NCBI RefSeq assembly: GCF_009834535.1
Contig: NC_045696.1
Location: forward strand, 35,032,001-35,096,000
Source: Camelus ferus
Lineage: Eukaryota
DNA: 64,000 bases
Direction: 5' to 3'
Position 1 is the stretch's first letter. Every line of letters starts with the position of its first letter. Of the stretch, positions 50,640 to 63,599 are shown in pieces. The notes under the pieces were generated by a model, which ran no database searches, was not told the DNA's origin, and saw only the letters and a program-made list of their open reading frames with translations. Both the position numbers and the translations under genes were made by a program.

Positions 50640-51000
50640 AAAGTTTATTTGAAAAGAAGTAATCCCCTAGATCTCAGAGTCTTTAAAGTCTTTTTCTCAC
50701 TCACACAACTTATCCAACATGCATCAGCAGGCTCTGCTCATTGTTGTCACTCTTGCATCCAGGGTAATAGATACTTTATTTAGAATGCTCCCCATTGTCA
50801 CAGGAGTAGGAAAGGGGAGACAGGGTGAAACCTGTACTGGCTTGTAAAGTTTCCATCCAGAATTAACATATAACACTTCTCTTCACACCTCATTCATCAA
50901 ATGAAGTCATATGACATCAGGGAGATGGGAAGCACATTCCTATCATGTGCCTGGAAGTGAATAACACCAAAAATATTTCAAAAGGACTAATGGTGGCCCC
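50640..51000 (-). mobile_element. Old MLT1 (L/N-like) LTR
   Basis: tcagcaggctctgctcattgttgtcactc..tccagaattaacatataacacttctcttcacacctcatt..aagtcatatgac..atgtgcctggaag. Confidence 0.65.
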
Positions 51001-51219
51001 AAATGATAGGATTATTTTCACTAGAATGGTGAAAAGGGGTTGCGAAGAAGTATTTCATGCAGAAAAAAATTATATATATACATAAAATATAAATATATAA
51101 TATATTTATATAATGATTGATATATGAGTAGAGACAATGGAGAGAAAAAACAAGAATAATTCATGATAAACATCAATGCCTCAAGAAAAAAATAAAACCC
51201 ATGAGAATTTTATAAAAGG

Positions 51220-51850
51220 TGGTGATAGATTATTTAATGTTAGGCTTGTTGACTTTAGGATAGTAATAATAAATATACAATTAGAAATTCAGCTGTTTCT
51301 TAGAAAAGATCTGGAAGCCATTCACTTGGAGATGGTAGCTGAAATTGTGGGGTTAGCTAAGATTTCCAAAACAGAAAGAGCACATAAAAATGGTTGTCAA
51401 TAGAAGCTTGGAAATTATCATAGAAAGGTAGAGATAAAAATGAATGTGTATGAGTAAGAGGAGGGACATCAAGAGAATTCTAAAATAATTGTGATAGTTT
51501 AATGTCAGAAAAGCCGAAAAATCTCTTGGAGAATGATGGAATTCCATCATTGGAATGATATATAATGTGATATACTGTAGGTATAATAAGGAGGAGGGAA
51601 CTGAAGGAAAGGATTTAGTGTGTTTTAGATCAATAGGAATTTCTGAAAGAGGGCTTCTAGTAGAGTGGGAAGGACATATACCAGAAAACAAAGAGTTAAT
51701 AAGCAAATTGTCAGTGAAGAAGTAATAGTAGTCCTTGACAACAATTCTTTAAAGGTGGTGATTATGAAAATGAGATTTTTTTAGATGAAGAATCATATAG
51801 ATGAGGGCAACAATATATTGTCAAAGAAAATCAGTAAAAATGGAACAAGG
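51220..51850 (-). mobile_element. L2 internal fragment
   Basis: gagatggtagctgaaattgtggggttagctaagatttcc; ggatttagtg..tagtagagtgggaaggacatataccaga; acaacaattcttt. Confidence 0.65.
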
Positions 51851-52009
51851 AACAGTAATGTGTAGATAGAGAGGTAAATAATAGAAATTAATGGAATAAT
51901 AAAATAAAAATAAAACACACACACATTTTTCAATAAACCATGCCCAAATTTTAATCAATCTCTGGTTGCTATCAAGACTTTATCTAGACTGGTCCTTTTA
52001 TTAAATATT

Positions 52010-53780
52010 TGTTGACATGGGTGCTAGTCATATGAGCAAATTATAATACAGCTCTTCTTCAGTCATTCTGTTCTAGCAGTAACTGAGAAAGTTATATTAA
52101 AACCTCTGACTATAACTGTGTTTATTTACTTGTTAGTTCTGTGAATTTTTGCTCATATAATTTGAGTTTGTGATATTAAATACACAAAATATTTTTTTCT
52201 TAGCAAACTAAACTGTGTTCTCAGCAAACTTACTGTCATTTACCAGGATATAGCTTTCTTTTTGTTTACCCCACTTAGGATTTGTCCCACTTTTTGAATC
52301 TGTAGCTTGATGTCTTTCATTGTTTTAGAAAATACTTAGCCTTTATTTCTTTAAATAATTTCTGTATTCCACTCTCCTTTTTACTATTGAGATTCTATTT
52401 TCATATAGATTTACTCTCTTCTCTGTGTCTCTTACTTTCTGTTTTGTATTTTCCCTTTATATTTCTCTTTGTTTCATTCTTTTTCTTCCTTTGCATATTT
52501 CAGTTTACTAACTTTTTCTTCAGCACTGTTTAATCTACTATTAAGTTCATCCCTTAAGTTCTTTTTTTTAAATTGAAGTATAGTCAGTTTACAATGTTGT
52601 GTCAATTTCTGGTGTAGAGCATGATGTTTCAGTTGCACATATACATACATATTTTCATTTTCATCTTCTTTTTCATTACAGGTAACTAAAAGATATTGAA
52701 TATAGTTCCCTGTGCTATCCAGTATAAACTTGTTTATCTATTTTACATATAGTAGTTAGTATCTGCAAATCTCGAACGCCCATTTTGTCCCTTCCCACCT
52801 CGCATCCCCTTGGTAACAATGAGTTAGTTTTCTGTTTGTGAGTGTCTGTGAATCTGTTTGTTTTGTAAATAAGCTCATTTGTGTCTTTCTTTTTTTTTTT
52901 TTTTAGATTCCACATATGATATCATATGATATTTTTCTTTCTCTTTCTGGCTTACTTCACTTAGAATGACGGTCTCCAGATCCATCCATGTTGCTGCAAA
53001 GGGCATTATTTTGTTCTTTTTAAAAAAGTATTCCATTGTATAAATATATCACAACTTCTTTATCCAGTCCTCTGTCAATGGACATTTAGGTGGCTTCCAT
53101 GTCTTGGCTATTATAAATAGTGCTGCTATGAACATTGGGGTGCATGTATCTTTACAAATTAAACTTCCTTCTGGATATATGCCCAGGAGCCATCCCTCAA
53201 GGTTTTGACTCTATATCTTTTTCAGTTCTATGATTTCCATTCTTTTGTTTTTATAATTTCCAATTTTCTGCTATAATTTCCAATTTTATTTATCTCCTTG
53301 AATATTTCAGCAGTAGATAACACTGTGTCTAATACTGCCATTTTATGTAACTATTTTATGTGTAGTATTTCTCTTGGTTATTTTTTAATGGAGAAAGAAT
53401 TCAAGGTCTAAAACAATTGAAACTTGAAGCTGAGTTACAATCCTGCAAGGCCATTCTTTCTCAGCTCACTTTTAGAGTATTTCTCTTTTCAGTTCCATCC
53501 AAAGCAGGAGGGTTTATTACTCTCTACTTTCTAAACTCTGGTCACCAAACTCCCAAATACTTTTTCTGGAATTCAAAGACATTTTAAGGGAAAATCATCC
53601 CTAAATGCTGGGTTCATATCTTTGGTTTTCTGTGTTCCCTTGGATCTTGGTCCTGTTATTTTCCTCTGCCTTTTTAGTTCTCCAGGGACATATTTTTTAA
53701 ATGTTAAGTTTTCTCAATGTCTTCAGTAAGGTGATCATTTTTAATTAATCTTGTTGGTCAACAAAAGAAGCAGTAGAACC
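52010..53780 (-). mobile_element. Old L1ME-type 5'/ORF1 region, split by the young L1 at 52561-53190
   Basis: T-rich antisense L1: tttttgaatctgtagcttgatgtctttcattgttttagaaaatacttagcc..ttcagcactgtttaatctactattaag, resuming tttcagttctatgatttccatt. Confidence 0.7.
52561..53190 (-). mobile_element. Young 5'-truncated L1 (camelid-type 3' UTR) with ORF2 C-terminus
   Basis: Minus strand translates LLGIYPEGSLICKDTCTPMFIAALFIIAKTWKPPKCPLTEDWIKKL* (L1 ORF2 C-terminus, W to stop); T-tail at 52562; TSD catcccttaagtt (52548-52560) / catccctcaaggt (53191-53203), 11/13 identical. Confidence 0.95.
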
Positions 53781-53917
53781 ACGCCCCTTTGCTGAATTTT
53801 AAAAAGGCATACAGATGTTAGTTATCTGTTAAGTTGTGAAGTATTTTTGAAGCAGAAATTCTAATTTATTCATTTTTATTCCCAGCATTGTTACATAGAA
53901 AACAATCAATAAACATT

Positions 53918-54074
53918 AGCACAGGGAAATTTACACAAAATGTTATGGTAACTAACAGAGAAAAAAATGTGACAATGAGGGTGTATAAGTCCATGTATGA
54001 CTGAAAAATTGTGCTGAACACTGGAATTTGACACAACATTGTAAAATGATTATAAATCAATAAAAATGTTAAAA
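53918..54074 (+). mobile_element. Very short young L1 3' end (camelid L1-like)
   Basis: agcacagggaa..tgactgaaaaattgtgctgaacactggaatttgacacaacattgtaaaatgattataaatcAATAAAaatgttaaaa; TSD AAACATT at 53911-53917 and 54075-54081. Confidence 0.9.
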
Positions 54075-57000
54075 AAACATTTTAGTTTGAATATTAGCTG
54101 CTCTCATAATTTCAAGTAACTCCATTTAATAAGTAACTTGCATTTTTAAAAGACACTTCTGCTTACCTGATTCTTGTCTTTCAACTTGTAACCATATGTG
54201 ACTTGCGTTTCTTTTACTGCCTAGCTACTCCTTCTAGATTTTTTTCTTGCAATTATGCTGTCAATTGCTAATCAAATTTATCTTGAACTTCAGGTTTTTG
54301 CTTTCAGCTACCCCTACCCTCATTCTGCCTATCCATTGAGTGGCCAATTGTTCAGACTTGTCCTCTTTCTACTTGGCACAAAATTTAAAAAATCTGATAA
54401 CTGCACTAAGATGCATTTAAGGTAAGGATTAGAGACAACTGTTGATTTCTATACTATTCCTCTTAAATTTAGTTTCCAATATAACTTGATTGAGGAAAAT
54501 TTCTAATTAATATAAGCTATTTATTATGTGTTTTAGGTTTTGTTGCTTAGAATATAAGCAGTATGATTGCCGAGACATCTGAAGTCCAATTTGCTTTCTC
54601 AAGGCCATTTTTATTTTTCAATTTGCAGGTCATGTCTGAGATTCTGTGAATTTGGGACAGGTTACAACTTGAAATAACAGGCAACACAGTACGATTTAAC
54701 GTTTCAGAAATAGGGATTTGTTATTACTGTCTTTTTTAACTCGCATGCCTTGTGAAACTTGTTAATGAGAAAGTTAATTGTTTTATTGCTTGTATCCCTG
54801 GGGTCTGTGGTCTTTTTCATGTTGTGAGCATAATGGTTTTAAAAATCAATAGTAAGAAACCACTGCAAAGATGTATCAGTGAAAAACTTTTTTCAATCTG
54901 AATTTAATGCTATTTTAACTCTGAGTATTATAATATGGTAGAACCATAAAATGTTAACTTGAGAAGGCAAAGAACTGACAAATACATTTTATTATGACGG
55001 AAGCCACTGAAGGTTTAGAAGAAAAAGAAATGATTTTTGCCTTAGAATAAATAGCTGTCACATGGTAGTTTACTAGTAGGATACCCTTTTGATCACGATT
55101 TATTTTTACTTACACTTTCCTTTATGCCAACCTTTTCCAGAAACATTTTAGAAATACCTCACCATTCAACATGATTATAATAATCAAAATCATCAGTAGC
55201 AGCCTGTTACTGCATTAGGCACAGGACACTTGACTAAGTATAGAGAAACATCTTTTGAATGTTCTGGAATAATTAGTTCACCCTACTTAACATTTTACCT
55301 TTCATTGACTCAAATGGAAATAAGAAAATAGAAATATACATAATTGGGTAATTCAACAGTTATTTCCAAGCAGTAGGTTAATAAGGTCTATTTTCCAAAT
55401 TAGCACCTACAATAGATTAAAATGAGCAATGAAAATATTGCATATTTAAGCCCAAATTAATTACCCAATACTTTTCACTGAAAAAGAGAAGTACAGATTC
55501 TAATTGTGTATCAACTTAGAAATGTGCTTACTTATGACATTTTAGGTAATTTCCTCCTAGGTGTACTTAAATTACTAAGTACTATACATATACACCCAAC
55601 ATGGGAAGAAAAAGTTATTTAGAAATTACTTCACTAGTGCCAAGGAATAATATCCTTACTGGACTTTGGGATTTTCTTCTTCACTGTTAGATGAATAATC
55701 TGAAGCTAGAGTAAGAAAGCATTCATTAAATTTACCTGGGAGAAGCAAATGACATATATTTTTTTCCTTTAGTTTTGAAAGCAGTAATAGGTGTGTGGAC
55801 TACTCTAAAAATCAGTCATTGACCCGAACTAAAATCTCTGCAGTTGATTAGATCAATAGAGTGACACACCAAATCAGCGGTAACTAAAATAAACAGAACT
55901 CTGTCAAATAGTTACTTTATTTACATAAATTTGTTCCCTAGCTGTTGCCTTTGGAAATTATTTTACATATCCAGGGAGGAAACTCTATAGACTAGCCTAG
56001 ATATTTCATTTAAACAAGATGGGAAAGGCAAATTACCTTTCCTCCCACATTAGAGAGAAAAATGATCTTCCTTTCAGGCAACAGTGACCTATCATTTTAT
56101 TGAGTTGGAGATGTCTTTGTAATCATTCTGTCTCAGCGCACATTTTTTTTTTGTAGTTAAATGTCTATAGTGGACATCTGTGATTTAGTAACTGATCCAT
56201 ACCATTTCCAATACTGAGCCTGATAAAAGAAAGCACTGTGCTCAGCTGATAGAACATATCCTTAATTGTCAGAGTGAGCTTTAAAACAACATAAATTATT
56301 TATATCTTGTTATAATCCATGTAAATGGGCATGAATTTTACAAAAACAGTCATGGAAATAAAAGGAGGCAGTGGGAGACTAAAAGAGTGGTAGACATTAG
56401 AGAATGAAAAAGTAGCACAAAATAGCCTTCCATTTAGAAAGATTCTAATTAATGATTTCTTTTTGATTTATCCTAAATTTGTTTACTTCTAATGAGAGGA
56501 AGCTATGAAAGGAATACTTCATAGATATTACAACAAACAGAGGCCTGCAATGTAGAGATCTGTCAGCTGAGATAATGCCATCAATGTGCCCAGAAATTGA
56601 TGTCAGCATATCTGGGGGCAGATCCAAACATCAGTGCCAGAAGTGGCACAATTATCGTAAAATCAAATGAAAGGGTTCATCATACCCACAAATGGTGACG
56701 AGATGCCATCTCCTCTCCTGTTAAATCCCCTCTATCTTGATTATACCTTTGGGGGCAAGTGAATGGAGTTGATCCAGTGAGGGAGGAATATGCAGGACAC
56801 CTTGAAGCAGGAGATTTTCAGAGTAGTCTAGGTATCTACACATTTGTGATGAGATCATTTTCCACTGAATAAAAAAATCAAAAACATTATTAGGCATGGG
56901 AGTACAAAGGAAGATTCTGTTTTATTTGGACTGTTTATTGTTACACAAGAGAAGAACTATGGGAAAAAAATGGGTCCAAATAGGAATACAAAGTGAATCT

Positions 57001-57255
57001 TAAGTTTCTTGCCCCTTTTTATAACTTAAATAGTTAATAACCTGCCTACCAAAATGGGCCATTGCTTGTAATAAGGTTATAATATAAACTAGATGTACAG
57101 AAATAATCATTATAAACATATTATGTTTATTCATGTATCTATATTCTCTATCATTAGCTACCTGAATAATATTTGGCTAACCCTATCACAATCAGGCAAT
57201 CAGTTCATATTCTTTTTAGCCTTTATTTAAATAGAATTAGTATGACAATAGAATA

Positions 57256-57625
57256 TTTTTATTGAGTTATAATTTTACATACCTTATAAAGCATAAATTT
57301 GAATACATAAGTTCCACAAGTTTTGATAAATGTGTAAATCCTCATAACAACTACCTCAATCAAGCTGTTAGATATCATTACCCCACATATTACCCTACTT
57401 CCCTCTCCGATAAGTACCTCTACCCTAACTCTGCACACAACTATTTTCATTTCCATCACAGATTTGTTTTTGCAGTTTTAGAACTTTCTATAAAGGGAAT
57501 GATGCAGTATATACACTTATCTGTATGAGGTCTGCTGTTCAACATAATGTTCTGAGATTTATCCATGACTTGTACATAGCAGTAGGCAATTCTTTCTATT
57601 GATGAGTATTGCTAAGAATGATATG
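57256..57625 (-). mobile_element. L1ME1/2-type 3' UTR
   Basis: tttttattgagttataatt..ttttgataaatgtgtaaatcc..tttgcagttttagaactttctataaagggaatgatgcagtatatac..aacataatgttctgagatttatccatg. Confidence 0.9.
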
Positions 57626-57689
57626 AACTTACTATTGATGAGTGTTTTTCTTGCAGAGTATTTTTCTCCAATGGCATTAACTGACAAAG

Positions 57690-57835
57690 ATACCTGAATT
57701 CTAGTCTCAACTTTATCACTCATTTGTTTTGCAAATTAGCACATCTCTTTATCAAGCTAGTTCTCATCCTCATGTGTCCAATTAAAGAATAGTACTAGAT
57801 GACCTCTGAATCTATTTCAAGACATATATTCTGTT
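57690..57835 (+). mobile_element. MIR3/MIRc fragment
   Basis: acctgaattctagtctcaactttatcact..tcctcatgtgtccaatt..actagatgacctctgaa. Confidence 0.65.
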
Positions 57836-58014
57836 TTCTTGCTCATGACTGTCTAGCAGTTGAATATTAGTTTGATAAAGAGCTATCTCTAAATTACTAG
57901 CAGATTCATTCATCTTAAGTTAATGAGTATTATCTTCAGTTCAATTGCTAGATAAAAAAGGTTATGCTTTCTTCTCTTCCTTAGCTTTTCAATATTACTC
58001 TAAAGGGAGTGGAC

Positions 58015-58089
58015 TCTATACTGTGCATTTGATTATAATTCCTAAACTAATGTCTATACTGTGCATTTGATTATAACTCCTAAACTAAT
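58015..58089. repeat. 38-bp tandem duplication (2 copies)
   Basis: tctatactgtgcatttgattataattcctaaactaat(g) / tctatactgtgcatttgattataactcctaaactaat, 36/37 identical. Confidence 0.95.
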
Positions 58090-58304
58090 CGCTTTGTTGC
58101 AGTACTTTTAGCTTTTGCTAAACCAGACTTTGATCAAACTGGAATGTACTTCATCTATCTCTGCCAAAATTCTCAATATCTTTTCAAGATGGTATCAATT
58201 GTCACCTTTTCCATAAAACTTTTTCTAATCATCCAAGTCAGGAGTGAGTAAATCTCTTTCACCTTTGAAATTTTATTGTATTTTGTATAATTCTTCCCTT
58301 ATTT

Positions 58305-58600
58305 TAATCATTCATTCATTCAAGTACTATTGTAAGTGTCAAGTGTGTGGTAACTGTAAGGCACACACTAATGAGCCAATTGTATCCACCCTCCTGCGTT
58401 TACATTCCATTATGACAATTATGAAGCAGTTATGCTCAGTTATAAACTAGCTAGTACTCTGCAAAAAATTACTGATGTGGTTATGCTGCCGTAACAAGAG
58501 GATCCGGTCTCGTCTTAGATGGCTCAGTAGGAGATCCTATAAGAATGTGATGTTGGAATTGGGGTCTGAGAAGAAGATTTAACCATCTGAAGGTATGTGT
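58305..58600 (-). mobile_element. L2 3' fragment
   Basis: tcattcattcattcaagtactattgtaagtgtcaagtgtgtgg; antisense L2 tail. Confidence 0.65.
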
Positions 58601-59059
58601 ATGGGTACTCAGTGTGTGTGTGTATGGGGGGTGATAGGGGTCGGTGATATCTACAGAATGGATTAATTTCCTGGCATGGTGACCTACAGAATTTTGAAAA
58701 GCAAGGGTGAGAAAACTGTGAGAGGAGTTAGGAATAGGTAGGCAATACACAATCCTTTAGAATATTACAGGCCCTTTTTAGGGACTTTTAAACAGATTAA
58801 ATACATGTACTTAGAAGAGAGGTTTGGATTGATGTGCACATTAGGAGCCATTCGCTGATGGATGACAAAGGAAGCCATGCATGTTGATGAGATGCCTGTG
58901 GAGAGTGTTAGGAGTAAGAAGAGGTACAAATTCTGAAATTTCCCAAAATAACCTTTTGTGAGTTTAAATGTATTATAGATATTTGTAGAAATCTCATTAG
59001 CTGAGATTTTAAGATCATGTGACAGAATTAAAATAACAAAAAGTACGTAGCTTTCCAAC

Positions 59060-59230
59060 TATGCAATATTGGGTTCAGATTAAGGCATTATCCCTTACTG
59101 ACTATGAGACCCTGGACAATATGCTTAATTCCTATGAAGCTCTGTTTTTCCTTCCTTAAAATGCAGATAATAACAGTGCTACTATGGGAGCCTTAAGAAT
59201 CAATGGTTCTTGTATAGAACAAAGAGAACA
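59060..59230 (+). mobile_element. MIR SINE
   Basis: gggttcagat..ccttactgactatgagaccctggacaatatgcttaattcctatgaagctctgtttttccttccttaaaatgcagataataacagt. Confidence 0.8.
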
Positions 59231-59569
59231 ATGCCATGACATCATACATACCAATTTTTGCCTTTCCAATTTTTAAAAACTCATTATGTACAGCATGGTT
59301 CTTTAAGGTAACATTCAATAAATTGTGTTGAACAAGTGAGATCTATAATGGAGTAACAGAAGACAAAATCATGAAGAAAGATCCAAGTAAATAAAATGAT
59401 TATAAAATTACAAAATTAGTATACAGATTCAAGACTTTTAATTTTAATTATAATGTACTATTTATTAACACAACCCCATCCATAGTTAACTGTGTTGGTC
59501 AAGATTTATACATCAACCCTGATTCCTCAAGGCCTTGGTCTCTTCTCTTGTTCTTGCTGAGTTACGAAC

Positions 59570-60010
59570 TGTTAAGGTTGTAAGATTTTTACTCTGTTTG
59601 CAAACTAATAAGTAAGCCTGCTACAGATTTATACACACACTGACAAAAGAACACACAAACCCGGGTCAGAGACACAGATAATGTGTTACAGCAAAAGGCA
59701 GCAGCCAGAGCAACGGCATCCTGCCCTCATCCCCACAGGGCAATCCAGGGAGGCCAGGTGTTCAGCTTCATGTGCAGGAGCTTGCACCACAGGAAAGGAA
59801 CCCCACAGTTAGAAGATGGGAAGGTTTTATACGTGCTACCACATCTGCCCATCCTCCTCTCCAGACAAATCAATTACCCATGCCTTGGAATGTAACAAAA
59901 TGTTTCTGGGGTAGGCCAGGTGGCTTACCATCCTAAGATATCCGAATATCTGTATCGTTAGAGAGACATTAGGTTCCAAGGCATTATTATGACTCAAATG
60001 TGCCTTTACA
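59570..60010 (-). mobile_element. ERVL-class solo LTR (MER73/74/76/88-group-like)
   Basis: TG..CA ends (tgttaagg..cctttaca); agatttttactctgtttgcaaactaataagtaagcctgc and gggtcagagaca motifs; antisense TATA ttttata ~59826. Confidence 0.65.
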
Positions 60011-60109
60011 CCAAAGGCCCAACCTAGGTGGAAATGGGAGACATCCATGGCTGTCATCAACAGTTCTTTGATCAGTGGGGCCTCAGATACCAACCCCACT
60101 CTTATGGTT

Positions 60110-60597
60110 GGAAAGCTGTGGCTGCCACCGGTCACCTTGCTCTCTCAGTATATCCCTTCTATTTGCCTTCCCAAAGTAGGAGGTTGGCAGTCCTCCTTTG
60201 CAGCTGCCATGGTGGGTTGATGGCGGCTGCAGAGTCTGCACCTGCTGGACACATGCAGGCTCAGGCCACCTTAGCAATAACACAACTCAGAAATGTGGCA
60301 AAAATTTTACCCAATGAGGGACAATAGAGAGGCAGTCAGCAGATCAATTTTTCCACTTTATGAATGGACACTTTCTGGAGGCAGGAGTTCCCTTGTGTCC
60401 TCTTGGGAGACGTCCTCATTGACTGAATAGCCAGCTGTATTTTTCAGTAATGCAGCATTTTGTATTTGGATTTTCCTTCACTCCTATCTCACTTCCATTA
60501 TCTGTAATTTTTACCCCCCTCATCCCCTCCCCAATAAAGCATTAATATGTGATCTTTGCCTTGGCCTCTGTTTTCTCAGCAACCAATGGCTAACATA
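60110..60597 (+). mobile_element. LTR16-family ERVL LTR
   Basis: aactcagaaatgtgg..ccaatgagggaca..ttctggaggca..ccctccccAATAAAgca..tttgccttggcctctgttttct..ggctaacata. Confidence 0.8.
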
Positions 60598-61369
60598 TTA
60601 ACATACTGGAGATTTTGCTGTGTGCATGTGGTATACACATCTTTTTATAGGAAAGGGAAAATGTGTAGAGAAAAAATAAAGGTGAGTACTAATGCAGTCT
60701 TTGACACACACATTACCAGTCTTATTTCAACATAAGGATTTTAGTGGTAAGAAATAGTCATTTTAGATAAAAAGATATTTTAGGTAGATAGAGGAGCTAA
60801 TTTACATCTTAAATCAAATTATATAGGCAACATTCTATTTTGCCTGTTTGCCTGGAGTGTCTCCTCAGTGTGAAAACACTCAAAAAGTTCAAAATGAGCA
60901 TTTGTGATATTCGGATAGTCTTAACGTTGATCTCTTTCTGAATACCAACTTTGGTGTGGGCACACTTATTCCTGAAACAATTATTAGTTATTATATATAT
61001 ATGTATATACGTATATATTTATAGTTTTATATATATACACAGAATTTGCTGTCATTTTTCAACTACTGCCCCCTATATATTCCTGTAATTTTAACTACAA
61101 TGATAGTTAAGTCATTTCCATATACATTAGATTCAGTTGTCTGTTAGTGGGATATAATTAAAGTAAGGCAATATAATATACTTTATTATATGTATTCTAT
61201 AAATAGGTAATAGGTGACCAGAAAAAAGTTTGAATGGGGACATAAATGATTATGGAACATCTCTGTAAAATTAGATGATCCACTGAAAAAATAAAATCAG
61301 CAACAATAACAACATAGTAATCTAAGAAGTAGTAACTATATCTAGGAGCAAGGTAACTTCATGGGTTCA

Positions 61370-61784
61370 GCAAACTTGCTTTGTTTATCTGTGCTTATTG
61401 GAAACAAATCAAATATAATTTCTTTCCAAATATCAATTATTCTTGGACTCTTGCCCAGATTTCTGGGCAGTGGAATATTTGGAATTATGAAGACATGATC
61501 TTCCGGCCCTGAATATAAAATGTTTCGCTTAGTCATGGACTTTTTCTCACTCCCATCAAAGGAGCAATTTTTGAAACGGTCTAGATAAAACAGGCATAAA
61601 CTGGTATGTCTTATTCCTTATATGTATCCCTAACGGAGAACTTCCCAGGAGAGCTATACCATCTTCATCAAACTGAGACGTGATCAAGAAATAAACTTTT
61701 AATAAATACAATAAACTTTTATTGTATTAAACTACAAATGTTGGGTTATTTGCTCCAGCCAGTTTGCTTTATCCTGGTATAAGC
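61370..61784 (+). mobile_element. MLT1 (H/J/K-like) LTR fragment
   Basis: 3' end tgagacgtgatcaagaaataaacttt..ttgtattaaactacaaatgttgggttatttg..tatcctggtataagca. Confidence 0.6.
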
Positions 61785-62359
61785 AGAGACTCACAGAAAG
61801 AAACGGTCAGACTTAAGAGTTATTGTTAAGGAACTATTGCCCAGGTATAGGACAATACATCTGATGGAGTGAACAGAAATGAAGGAGAGAACCCAGACAG
61901 CTTCCACGTCTGAAATATCAGCATAATGAGATTCGACAGGGAATTTTTGTTTAAAAAGTATGTCATTTTCTGTCCCTAATATGGAGAAAGTTTTAGAGAG
62001 AATCAAAAATTCCCATCTTTGTTGGTAACAACAAATGATCTAGGTGGCGTGATAAATTAGCACAAAAATAGTTAACTGACTTAACTCTGGAATGTATAAC
62101 TTTTAAAAAAAGCATATCCTATGTTTTCTTGGGGAGGGATTAGTCAAATTTTCTATAAATAAAAATATTGGAATCTATGTAGAGAAAACTCAATTTCTAT
62201 TTCTAAATCATAAAGCATATCGCAGACAATACACACTGAAGTGGAATTTGAGATAATTCTTTGCTTTGTTAAAGAGATCATGTTCTCAGATTGAATAAAT
62301 TTAGAGTCAGCTTAATCAATAATTTGGGGATAAAGTTTTCTGTCATCTATGGATTTGCT

Positions 62360-62540
62360 TAACTACAGTATACTAAATGCATTTAGTTTTTCATCTTGTC
62401 ATCTTGGTTTCAAACCAAATTCATCTACTGTGTCATATTGGGAAACTTATTTGATGTCTCTGAGCTTCAATTTACCCAACTGTAACAGGGATAATACTGT
62501 TTAACAAAATGAAAACAGATATTAGAGTTCTTTGCAGTTA
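62360..62540 (+). mobile_element. MIR SINE
   Basis: tggtttcaaacc..actgtgtcatattgggaaacttatttgatgtctctgagcttcaatttacccaactgtaacagggataata. Confidence 0.75.
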
Positions 62541-62959
62541 GAAAAAGGAAGTCCATGCATTTGTGTAATACTGATGCAAAATTCAAATGTGTTATGCACA
62601 TTTTGTTACTTTTATCAATCAGCCTAGTAATATGAATTAAAAGAAAATAAATTTATTTTAGAACCATGTGTTCTTAGTTCTATTCTGGTTCATAATGCTC
62701 ATATCTTGCTTTTTAAAGTGTCAATAAAACATTTTTATCAATGTGCAATTTATTATCAAATAGTTATATAAATTTACGATCTGAAACATTGTGACATTTG
62801 CCTGTTTTGGGTCATGTTTCTCAATATCTGACCAGTTACCACTTGTCAGAAGTTCACAAAGAAGTTACGCAGGGGAGTCTTTCCAGAAAAATGCATCATA
62901 TTTGTTACTAACTGTGTGATTGCACAACTCTATGAATAAATGTTTATTTCTTGATAATA

Positions 62960-63250
62960 TCAAATATCTATTTCTAGCTCCACTATATGGTGCCCTCATT
63001 CTGGAATACAGGCTAATGGAACAGTCTCTATCTGGGATATTGGTAGTATTGTAGCAAACAGATTTAAAAAAAAATACTTAGCAAGCCATGTGCTTGATCT
63101 TAGAACTCCTTTCTAGAAGTGACACTCAAATTTCAGTGGATAAAGTACACTCCTGAGTTCAGTGGGATGCAAATATATAAAGTTTCACTAAGAAGCGTAT
63201 TAAACTAGGGGACTTGAATATTCAGCAAGTTAATTCAATCCGCCACAGAA
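62960..63250 (-). mobile_element. Old MLT1 LTR fragment
   Basis: gctccactatatgg..caggctaatggaacagtctctatctggga..ctagaagtgacac..aatccgccaca. Confidence 0.55.
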
Positions 63251-63329
63251 ACTCGTATATGTTTATGAAGAAAGTTACTTTAGTTATGAAACTGTGACAG
63301 AGACAAGGAAGGAATAATGAAGGACTATT

Positions 63330-63520
63330 AAATACTAATTATGCAATCCTGGCAAATTATTTAACCTCACTGAGCCTCAGTTTATTTATCTGTAACAGGA
63401 AATTTTAGTCCCTGGCTTATAGAATCATTATGAAAATAAAATGTGCTAATAAAATTAAACTACATAGCACAATAATTAGAGCTTGGTTAAGACTCAATAA
63501 ATGTTAGTGCTTATTATTTT
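63330..63520 (+). mobile_element. MIR SINE
   Basis: ggcaaattatttaacctcactgagcctcagtttatttatctgtaa..tagcacaata..actcaataaatgttagtgcttattatt. Confidence 0.85.
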
Positions 63521-63599
63521 TATCTCATTTTAAAATAAAATAACAAAACATACTTAAATTGGAAATCTAAAAAATGTACATAACTCCTCCTTAGTAGGG

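Noticed and set aside
52715..52915. [22 protein letters not shown]...
   Set aside because: Translation of the L1 ORF2 end and 3' UTR, a common spurious peptide in artiodactyl genomes
54605..54665. Strong acceptor-like tttttatttttcaatttgcAG (54627-54628)
   Set aside because: The nearest donor (CAG|GTTACA) is weak; no defined exon
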